From: an uncultured delta proteobacterium
GTDB taxonomy: Bacteria > Desulfobacterota > Binatia > Bin18
Direction of reading: 5' to 3'
Length of the DNA: 64,000 bases
NCBI GenBank assembly: GCA_963733195.1
Contig: CAVTCR010000017.1
Span: forward strand, 40,270-104,269
Shown here: one piece after another, positions 10,522 through 18,543 of the stretch
Numbering within the stretch: the stretch's first letter is position 1
Layout: each line of letters begins with the position of its first letter
The notes under the pieces: model-generated
Database searches by the model: none
What the model was told of the DNA's origin: nothing
The model's input: only the letters and a program-made list of their open reading frames with translations
Program-made: the position numbers and the translations under genes

Positions 10522-11740
10522 TTAATAGCGAAAGCGGTAACTTAGTTGCCAGCCGCCATCGGACGGATCAAAGCGAACCGGCATCGTCCGGTGACTATCA
10601 ATAAACATATACTCGAAACCGACTCTATGGGAGAGACCAAACTCAAACAAATATGCCACGGTGAATGCGTCACCGTTTTCACGATACGACGGTGGACCAT
10701 CAGTATCATCCGTGCGAAAGTTATCGTAGCGCACGCTCAATCGATGTCCTTGATAGTGGACAGAAAGAAGTACATAAAAGGCATGGAGCAGCACATCACA
10801 ATTGCTGGCGCGACTCTGAGCGCTGCCTCCGAGATACTGGGCAAGAAGATCGATATTCGCCAACGGATGGAGGACCGCACCGACAGTACCGAAGCGCGTG
10901 CTCCATACTCCGAATGTGTCTTGATCGCCAAGATTGTCAAAGTAGCCGAGACTCAGCTCTCCTCGGTTGCGAGAGTCGCTCACGCTGAAGCGAGTATACA
11001 ATGCTGGTCGATAATCGCGCTCGTCAAAAACCGATACGGGGTCTGTGTTACCGCCGTGTGCGTGTGGGAGATCGTTGTTCACACCGCTTTGGTAATCACT
11101 CAACACCCAGCCACGCGGTACGAGTAAGCGGGCCATCTGGTCCGGGCCAAAACCTGCTCCCGCGAGCACTCCGAAACGTAAGCCAGACAGTGTCGTTCGC
11201 CACCACTCTCCTTCTAGACCAACCACGTACACTTCTTCCCACAACCACGTATTGAGTGCAGAAGGTGTGAGGGTGTACTGCGGAGTCCATGCTGGCCCCA
11301 CATGCTCAAGGGAGAAGGGATTATTCATCACTCCAGCCTGGAGCCCCCACCCTTTAGCTGGGACTCCCCACTCTTTGCGGAGAATCGCCTCAATCAACAA
11401 AGGGCGGTCAACATCAATATCAGTTTCAGCATTGAGTTGTGCACGGGCGCTGATACCCCAGGGCAGAGTTGCGCCTAGTTCTACCGAAAGCTGAGAGAAT
11501 GCGAGGCGAGTTGAGCGTTCCCCGTCCTGAAGAGAACCTGTTCCTCCATAGCGACTTTTACCGATGCCCATCCCTTGATCTGTCCAACTTGAGGCGCGGC
11601 CGCTGCGAGCGATACGGACATCCACAAGGCCGCGAACCCAGACTGGCCACTTCTCTTCAACATCGTATTGTCCCCAACTCACGGCTGGGACAGTACACCA
11701 CAACAACAGTGACTGAGACGTAGCAGACGCAGCGGATCAT
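10522..11740 (-). CDS. Putative outer-membrane beta-barrel protein (probable frameshift in the signal peptide)
   Basis: Alternating beta-strand pattern and C-terminal WQLSYRFRY beta-signal; ATG 11740 follows GGAG; ORF track gives 10522-11706. Confidence 0.7.
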
Positions 11741-11885
11741 GGTACGTTTGACTCCACCTGTACTTTGGCAAGAACCATTCTGCCTGCTTCGCGTGCTTCC
11801 CGCCAGGCTACATTTTCGAAGATGATTGTGGTCGGATGAACGATTTTCCTTCCCAATGTATCTCTCTTTGTATATACTTCTCTAG

Positions 11886-12182
11886 ATGGACGGGTTCGAG
11901 TGGGATGAGGTGAAGCGGCTGGCCAACATCGCGCGGCGCGGTGTGGACTTTGAAGATGCGGCCCTAATTTTTGAGAACCCTGTCCTTGAGGCCGAAGACG
12001 GACGCACCGCCTACGGCGAAAAACGGTTTCGGGCGCTGGGGCATGTGGACAAGGACTACTTTGTCGTGACGTACACATGGCGCGGCGACACCCGGCGCAT
12101 CATCAGTGCGTGGAAGGTAGGCAAACGTGGCCAAAGAAGATATACGGCGCTTCTCACTAGCGGAACTCAAGGCAAGGCGTAA
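11886..12182 (+). CDS. brnT: BrnT family toxin
   Basis: FEWDEVKRLANIARRGVDFEDA...YGEKRFRALG...RRIISAWK. Confidence 0.9.
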   Translation: MDGFEWDEVKRLANIARRGVDFEDAALIFENPVLEAEDGRTAYGEKRFRALGHVDKDYFVVTYTWRGDTRRIISAWKVGKRGQRRYTALLTSGTQGKA

Positions 12183-12411
12183 GAAGGGACTGACCAAGAC
12201 GCGCCCGGACGCGCCAGAGATTGAGCTTGACGAAGCGTTCTGGAAAAGCGCCCGTGTGGTCCTGCCGGGGGAGCACAGGAAGAAGCTGGTCAGCTTGCGG
12301 CTTGATAGTGAGGTATTCGACTGGTTCAAGACACAAGGCCGTGGCCATCTTAGCCGTATGAGCGCCATTCTCCGCGCTTATATGGAATCTCACCGGGAAC
12401 AGCGTCCTTAA
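12127..12411 (+). CDS. brnA: BrnA family antitoxin
   Basis: ELDEAFWKSA...VSLRLDSEVFDWFKTQGRGHLSRMSAILRAYM. Confidence 0.9.
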   Translation: MAKEDIRRFSLAELKARRKKGLTKTRPDAPEIELDEAFWKSARVVLPGEHRKKLVSLRLDSEVFDWFKTQGRGHLSRMSAILRAYMESHREQRP

Positions 12412-12420
12412 CACGCTATG

Positions 12421-12544
12421 ATGAACGACAACCGGAAAACACCGCACTTCTCTTGAAGTGGAGAAGCTACTGGCAGTCGTAAAAGGAGCTCGGCACGAAG
12501 CCCGCGACCGCTTGCTCCTGCTGTTGTTACTGACGCACTTCTGA
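12421..12544 (+). pseudogene. N-terminal stub of a FimB/FimE-like tyrosine recombinase
   Basis: Across one frameshift reads MNDNRK-HxTSLEVEKLLAVVKGARHEARDRLLLLLL, like the FimB-type N-terminus; stops before the GLRVSE motif. Confidence 0.6.
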
Positions 12545-12599
12545 CACGGTTCGATTCCTGTTTCATTGGGTTTCTCTATGAGGAGTCATCCCACTTGCC

Positions 12600-12995
12600 T
12601 CATCCGCTCCTCAGAGGTGCCTGTGGAAGATCTGTGCGAGGCAACAGAACTGCAATATCCCCCAGACTGCGCACACAAGCCTGGAGAAGTATGACGCCAC
12701 GATTGACGTGTGCACGGAAATAGTCCGGTACCCGCGCGAGATCTACGCCATCTCGCCGGCAGCGTTCTTTCAGTAAGGCAACAAAGAGATCATCGTACTC
12801 CCCAAGCAGGGTATAGCGATTAAACTCCCGTTCCTCTTCAGGGTATTCGTTAGGATCTGGCAAAGACGGCTCGGCCAGGGACAGGCAAAACCCAATCCGG
12901 CATAAGAGGTTTGGCGTGAGACCGGTACGACCAGCGAGAAAGCGTAATCGATTCGAGGCGTCTTTATTGAGTCGCTCCGTTGCGCTTTGTCTATT
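12600..12995 (-). CDS. dndE: DNA sulfur modification protein DndE (no start codon visible; 5' truncated or mis-assembled)
   Basis: Open frame upstream of the ORF-track start gives DASNRLRFLAGRTGLTPNLLCRIGFCLSLAEP...EFNRYTLLGEYDDLFVALLKERC...FRAHVNRG, the DndE signature. Confidence 0.8.
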   Translation of the reverse strand, partial: NRQSATERLNKDASNRLRFLAGRTGLTPNLLCRIGFCLSLAEPSLPDPNEYPEEEREFNRYTLLGEYDDLFVALLKERCRRDGVDLARVPDYFRAHVNRGVILLQACVRSLGDIAVLLPRTDLPQAPLRSG

Positions 12996-13899
12996 TCACA
13001 CACCCTGAAATTTATTTTTTCTATGCCAGGAAAGATGAATGGGATCAGGCCACACAACACGTTCCCTGGGGAGTCGGATCTTCTGTCCGTGATAATCACG
13101 AAGCGCTTTTTGATCAGGGCTCTGCTCCGTAAACTGCCCAACGGCGACGACCACAGTATAGTCATCAGCAATAGTCCAGAGACCTTGGTCAAACAGCCAG
13201 TGAGCATTCTTGCTCAGGGCTAAGACCGTTCCGTGCGTCATTGTTACGCGAATCGGCAAACTGGTGGATATGTGCTGCATCTACAATACTACCTGCATCG
13301 ATAGTTGTCAGTCGATAGTTCGTTAGCGCGCAGGTGTAATCGTAGGCAGCAACGACAGTCAGACGGAAGCGAGCTTCACGGCCTTGTTGTCTAGCGGAAT
13401 AGACAGCATTGTCGATTGTCTCAGCAATACTGTCTTTCTCATCGGTGACGTGTAAACCAACAAGCGAGTAAAGCGCTACACGTTCTGCCGGTTGGAAATG
13501 CTTCTCGATCAGAATACGACGAGCTTTGTCGCGTAAGGCTGGGTCTTTCGCAAAAGCAACAAATTCTTCGTTCAAGGCGGCATACCGAGTCAAACGCTTA
13601 TCAGGCGAGGGTTTACTGTTTTCATCAAGCGCAGACCAGAAGCCATCGCTTTGCAAATAATGAAACGGCAAACGCACATCCGGAGGTTGAGTGCGACGAT
13701 GAGCTACGACGTTCCAAAACGCAAAGAAACGGAAGGCAAGTTCAGGGGAAAGTGATAAAACATCCTCCGGTAGTTGCCCTTGCTCAGCGAGTTCCAAGAC
13801 CACAAGGAGAAGTAGCGGCTTGTGAGGTGCCGGATCACCTCGGGCGCGATCTACTCTCAACTGAGTGAATTTTGCAAGCCAGTACTCAGAGTTTTTCAT
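12996..13899 (-). CDS. SBD-HNH endonuclease (putative phosphorothioate-dependent restriction enzyme; frameshift ~13220)
   Basis: Sulfur-binding-domain motifs APHKPLLLL and PFHYLQSDGFW; HNH part CALT...DAAHIHQF...NG-LALSKNAHWLFDQG...HLSWHR. Confidence 0.82.
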
Positions 13900-14044
13900 A
13901 CTCGCGACCGCCAATGCCTTTAGAATATATAGGGCCAGAAGAAAGAGAAAGGCGTTTCCCCCGCACAAAGGTACAGAAACATATGAGAAGAAATCGGACA
14001 AGTTCGAGAAGTCTATTGACTTCCTTCGTTGCTTGTCTCGTAGG

Positions 14045-14426
14045 GAAAACAGCGATATTCACCAGATGATCCACAAAATCGCGAGAGAGTATGCTGGAGG
14101 TTCTTCTGGGAGGAGCAAGACTGGGCTATCCAGAAAATTTTGAAGAACTATTTCAGTGTGGTAACGGAAGTATTCCCCTCTGACTGACAGTCGAAAGATT
14201 CGTCATTGGGGAAAACAATCGGATTCTCTGTATTCATGAGATTGCTTGGCGACTTGGCGAAGAAAGGTTTGTCAGTGCAACCCGAGCCGCGTCTTGACCA
14301 TGAATTCTTTCTTAATTTATTTGAGTAGGCAAATTATTGGCGCCGTTCACATTCGACAAATACCCCCGGAGCGGAAGCGGCGAGACCAAACTTTATAATG
14401 ACGTATAGTCTGCCATTTTAGATTGA
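14045..14426 (+). pseudogene. C-terminal remnant of a DGQHR-domain (Dnd-associated) protein
   Basis: Manual translation WRFFWEEQDWAIQKILKNYFSVVTEVFPSD*...LGKTIGFSVFMRLL...FTFDKYPRSGSGETKLYND, with in-frame stops and a frameshift. Confidence 0.6.
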
Positions 14427-14466
14427 GGGCAGCACTGCGCAGTAGGACCCGTCTCTATACATGACT

Positions 14467-14520
14467 GTTAGCCGTCAGACAGAACCCAACCATTGCGCTG
14501 CCAGAGAGAGGAAGTTAGGC
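14467..14520 (+). mobile_element. Degenerate attC-like remnant upstream of the MNT gene
   Basis: GTTAGCC (14467), ACCCAAC-cattgcgctg (RYYYAAC, 14484) and GTTAGGC (GTTRRRY, 14514), 9 nt before ATG 14530; central stem missing. Confidence 0.4.
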
Positions 14521-14529
14521 TGACGTTGT

Positions 14530-14823
14530 ATGGATCCCTTGACGCTTATCGAAGCTCACGAGACTGAATTGCGTGCCCTTGGCGCGCAACGTATCGGTGT
14601 CTTTGGTTCTTTTGCCAGAGGAGAAGCCACGGCAGAGAGCGACGTTGATGTCTATCTGGAATTTGCGAAAGACAAGAAGAACTATGACAACTTCTTTGCC
14701 ATTTATGAACTGCTTCAAGGACTTTTTGGCCGACCTATCGATCTCGTTACTGACGGCTCGTTGAGTGAACGGAAAGCCCGGATCATTCTTCCTACCGTGC
14801 GCTATGCAGCCCTCAACACTTGA
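14530..14823 (+). CDS. Minimal nucleotidyltransferase (MNT antitoxin of HEPN-MNT TA)
   Basis: IGVFGSFARGEATAESDVDVYLEF...LFGRPIDLVT. Confidence 0.9.
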   Translation: MDPLTLIEAHETELRALGAQRIGVFGSFARGEATAESDVDVYLEFAKDKKNYDNFFAIYELLQGLFGRPIDLVTDGSLSERKARIILPTVRYAALNT

Positions 14824-14838
14824 CCAGGAAGACCGCAT

Positions 14839-15180
14839 TTGAGAAAGAGCCGGCAACCCACACGGCCTCCTACCGCCTCAAAAGTAATTGACGATTTCAT
14901 TGGAGGGGATGATGAACTTCGGGAGATGATTCGACAGGAGGTGTTGAACTCTGAAATCGGTCAGATGATTTACGACGCACGCACAAAAGCTGGTCTGACA
15001 CAGCAGCAACTTGCCAACCGCCTCGGAACAACCCAATCGGTCATATCGCGTCTAGAGAGCGCTGATTACGAGGGTCATTCACTGAGTATGTTGCAGCGCA
15101 TCGCAGAAGCCTTGGGGCACAAACTGGAATTGAGACTTTCAGCGGCAGCGCAGGAGGCGTCTCCCTCTTATTTCGGATAG
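14839..15180 (+). CDS. XRE/HigA-like HTH antitoxin (start uncertain)
   Basis: IYDARTKAGLTQQQLANRLGTTQSVISRLESADYEGHSLSMLQRIAEAL. Confidence 0.82.
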   Translation: MRKSRQPTRPPTASKVIDDFIGGDDELREMIRQEVLNSEIGQMIYDARTKAGLTQQQLANRLGTTQSVISRLESADYEGHSLSMLQRIAEALGHKLELRLSAAAQEASPSYFG

Positions 15181-15349
15181 CGAATCGCGTAGATCGCGAT
15201 CGCGAGAAAGACCAAGGAGACACGACCCACAAAACAGCGACAAACGTTTCCATACCTAAAAGCTCCCGTAAGCTTTGGATTTGTCGCTCGATATCCACAA
15301 GGCAGGTAAATGGTAAGAAAACCCACTATCCGTGAGGAAGTGATATGAA

Positions 15350-16062
15350 TCATGTAGTCTGAGTCATTCGCTGGACAAACTCTGCATGCTCACGGCTTGC
15401 TATACCTTCCCCGAGCGTTTTCAGGACTCCGGCTAAGTCTCCCTGTAACATCGCCGCAGCATCGAGCCAGAGACCAGGAAAGGTCTCGCTTTGATATATC
15501 TCCGCCTCACTCGGAGATAAACGCTCGTAGCGACCATCACGCAAGACAAACCAATCAATCGCATTGTCCACTGTCCGCCAGACGATATACTCACGGACAC
15601 CGTGGCGACGATAGACATCTAACTTTTGGTGCAAATCATAGGCAACACTACTGGAAGCAACCTCTGCCACCAACTCAGGGGGACCTTCGATAAAGCCATC
15701 AGCAGCCACACGAGACTGGCCGCCGTTGGTGAGACGAAGGAGCACATCTGGTTGCGGTTCGTTGTCCAAGTCCAACCGGACGGTGGCGTTATCGCTCGAC
15801 CTCGATCTCCAGGGGTCGATGCAGTGTACACTACCTAGCCAGGTATTCAAGCGCGGAATGTTGCGCGGCCATGTCCTTTATAACGAACGGGTGAAGGCAT
15901 GTAGACTACTCCTTCGATGAGTTCTGCTTTCTTGAGATGAGGCATTGCTTCATAGCGACGCTCAAACTCCGGGCGTGTCAGTTGGTCGCCATTTTCAAGC
16001 AGAGGAACTCCCCGAACAACTGCTGAAGCTTGAGTTGATGTGGATTGAGATGAAATAGACAT
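15350..16062 (-). CDS. Uma2 family (PD-(D/E)xK) endonuclease (frameshifted ~15800-15860)
   Basis: [37 protein letters not shown] + NEPQPDVLL...[13 protein letters not shown]...[12 protein letters not shown]. Confidence 0.88.
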
Positions 16063-16096
16063 GAGAAAAACTTCTCTCCTCTATGAGATATTCTCT

Positions 16097-16315
16097 TTAT
16101 TTAATGAGCAGGTGCTTCTCACGATCGGCAGCATAAGCCAAACAGGCCCGGATATCTTCTTCGGTGAGATACGGGAAGTCATCAAGAACTTCCTGTTGCG
16201 ACATGCCGGAAGCCAAATACTCCAGCACCTCATAGACTGTAGTTCGCATCCCCCGGATACAAGGCTTGCCGCCGCGCTTACCAGGCTCGATGGTGATGAT
16301 GTCTTGGTAATTCAT
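16097..16315 (-). CDS. DUF433 domain protein
   Basis: ITIEPGKRGGKPCIRGMR...VLEYLASGMS...DFPYLTEEDIRACLAYAA. Confidence 0.92.
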   Translation of the reverse strand: MNYQDIITIEPGKRGGKPCIRGMRTTVYEVLEYLASGMSQQEVLDDFPYLTEEDIRACLAYAADREKHLLIK

Positions 16316-17004
16316 GCGCTGATGGTAGAACTAACCGTCATTATCAGCAAGAGTTCGGAGATACCCTTTACAAACCGCATGAATTTCTCAATTAATTCTC
16401 ACTACGAGCGGCATGAAGACACGAATACACGCAGCATTCGGCAAACGAGTCAACGGAAACCTGTATTTTCACGTCACAGCGCTTGAAGGGCTTGACCCTT
16501 ACGTCCGCGAGCAGGTACAACGTGCGGCTCTTCAAGCTGAGTCTTGAGATAGAAGCTGAGTTCAACGTTATAAAAATTGACGAGAAAGATCAGCAAATTT
16601 CTTTGCTGTACTACGAGAACTTCTTTGAGAATCCATTTCCTGCGTTGCAACGTTTATGTGCCGTAGATGTAGAGTCTGGTCGCATCAAACAACTCCGTTA
16701 CGATCGTGTCCAAGAATCCCCCTATTCTCCATCGCAAAGAACTCTTGCTGCCTCCAGATCATCCTCAAGTGCTCACTTTTTGCCTCTCTGACGCAGCAGC
16801 TCGAATCGCTCAGCCTCTTTCAAGATACGCGTCGTATTGGACTCTTGCGTGTAATGGCAGGAACGTTTGCATTCCGCAGGGTACGAGGTTCGTAACCATC
16901 AATTATTTCCTTTGAATGGAAAGTCACAGCTAAAAGAGTCAGCAGTCTAGAGACACTTGCCCGGCATCGTACTGCCCTGCAGCGCTACGCGCTTTCAACC
17001 TCTA
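16270..17004 (+). repeat. Direct repeat copy 1 (~730 bp; copy 2 at ~17817-18543)
   Basis: Same DUF433 5' end, intergenic region and methyltransferase 5' end in both copies. Confidence 0.9.
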
Positions 17005-17005
17005 G
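16413..17005 (+). pseudogene. Truncated 5' copy of the Dnd-associated methyltransferase gene
   Basis: MKTRIHAAFGKRVNGNLYFH...NPPILHRKELLLPPDHP...RHRTALQRYALST, then homology ends; frameshifts. Confidence 0.85.
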
Positions 17006-17090
17006 ACAAAAAGGGAAGGCCCGTTCACCACTCTAGGGAAAATCTGCGAAAGAGGTTCGTGTAGCAACATTAACAAGGGAGCCATTGGGC

Positions 17091-17193
17091 GGTTATCACT
17101 TTGCCTCAGCCGCTACGGCTTTTCACTGCTTCGTTTTGTATTTACTCAAAACCACTCGCAGGTTGCGGTCGGCTCAGAGGTGCTTGGTTAAGC
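17091..17193 (-). mobile_element. Degenerate attC-like site downstream of the BrnT/CopG TA pair
   Basis: Minus strand GCTTAAC...CTCTGAGCCGACCGC...GCGGCTGAGG...GATAACC; 103 bp, 8 nt after the antitoxin stop. Confidence 0.5.
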
Positions 17194-17201
17194 CATCTGC
17201 C

Positions 17202-17480
17202 TTAGCTCTGCGAAGCCTCTGTCACTTTCTCCGTCAACCAGACATTAATTAGAGTCTCTGTCGATACTCCCTGCTTGCGAGCACATTCTGTGAGCTTCTT
17301 TGCTAATTTTGGCTCTAGTGCCGTTAGAAATACCCGGCGTTGAATATCTACCTCAAAGCTCGCTTCGCGCGTCTGGTCCCAGTAGTCCGTTAAATCATGG
17401 CTGTCCCAAAACTCTGCTGCCTCAGCCACACTGTGGAAGTGTTGCGGAATCGGCTCTCGTTTTTTGTTACTTCTTCGCAT
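17202..17480 (-). CDS. CopG/BrnA-like antitoxin
   Basis: SVAEAAEFWDSHDLTDYWD...ARKQGVSTETLINVWLTEK. Confidence 0.85.
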   Translation of the reverse strand: MRRSNKKREPIPQHFHSVAEAAEFWDSHDLTDYWDQTREASFEVDIQRRVFLTALEPKLAKKLTECARKQGVSTETLINVWLTEKVTEASQS

Positions 17481-17751
17481 AGGCTCGTTTCTCTTTCTTA
17501 GTCATCTCTCGGGCACTGACAATCAGGGCTTCCTTAGTGGTCTTGTAGATAAAATAGATGATGAGATAACGCCCTGCAGCTGTCCGTCCCATTGCCGCGT
17601 ACAAATCTTCGCCTTCTACATCCCCCCTCTCAATGAAACGAAAACGGCGTACCGCCGCCAGGGCTTCGTCGACTTCCTCGGTCGTGACCTGATGCTTCCA
17701 CGCCAGCTTGTCAACGACTTCCCTCAACCAAATGATTCCCGTTATTCTCAT
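17467..17751 (-). CDS. BrnT family toxin
   Basis: MRITGIIWLREVVDKLAWKHQVTTEEVDE...GRTAAGRYLIIYFIYK...IVSAREMTKKEKRAY. Confidence 0.88.
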   Translation of the reverse strand: MRITGIIWLREVVDKLAWKHQVTTEEVDEALAAVRRFRFIERGDVEGEDLYAAMGRTAAGRYLIIYFIYKTTKEALIVSAREMTKKEKRAYAKK

Positions 17752-17816
17752 TTGCCATGCAGTATGCTTGTCTGGCCCTCTGGAGCGCAACCCGCAGATA
17801 AAGACCTAACTCTGTT

Positions 17817-18543
17817 GCCGCACTTACCAAGCTCATGGTGATGATGTCTTGGTAATTCATACGCTGATGGTAGAACTAACCGTCGTTATCAGCAAGAGTT
17901 CGGGGATACCCTTTACAAACGGCACTGATTTCTCAATCAATTCTCACTACGAGCGGCATGAAGACACGAATACGCGCAGCATTAGGCAAACGAGTCAACG
18001 GAAACCTGTACTTTCACGTCACAGCGCTTGAAGGGCTTGACCCTTACGTCCGCGAGCAGGTACGACGTGCGGCTCTTCAAGCTAGTCTTGAGATAGAAGC
18101 TGAGTTCAACGTTATAAAAATTGACGAGAAAGATCAGCACATTTCCCTTCTGTACTATGAACACTTCTTCGACAATCCATTTCCCGCCCTGCAGCGTTCG
18201 TGCGTCGTCGATTTAGGGTCTGCTCGCGTCAAGCATCTTCGCTACGATCTCTCGAACAATCCGCCGATTCTGCATCGCAAGGAACTTTTGTTGCCTCCAG
18301 ACCATCCTCAGGTCCCGCTTTTTGCCTCTCTTACAGCGCAACTGGAGGCTCTCGGACTGTTCTACAACTCCCGACGTATCGGCTTTGCGTGCCAATGGCA
18401 GGAGCGTTTGCAATTGGCGGGGTATGAGGTCCGGGACCATCAATTAGTTCCGCTAAACGGTACGTTACAACAAGAGAGGCTGTTGACGGAGGTACCTGCC
18501 CGCCATCGTACCGCCCTGCAGCGCTATGCGCTCTCAACCCCTA
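17817..18543 (+). repeat. Direct repeat copy 2 (contains a truncated DUF433 5' end on the minus strand)
   Basis: atggtgatgatgtcttggtaattcat...gcgctctcaacc matches 16270-17004. Confidence 0.9.

Noticed and set aside
12405-12420. CCTTAAC at the brnA stop as an attC R'' box
   Set aside because: Does not fit RYYYAAC and no stem or R' box follows
14185-14187. In-frame TGA in the DGQHR remnant as selenocysteine or recoding
   Set aside because: It sits at a probable Trp position, and TAG stops and a frameshift follow; TGA is a normal stop elsewhere in the window
15168-15353. Short minus-strand ORFs coupled to the Uma2 stop
   Set aside because: Possibly a gene relic, but no family could be recognised in any frame
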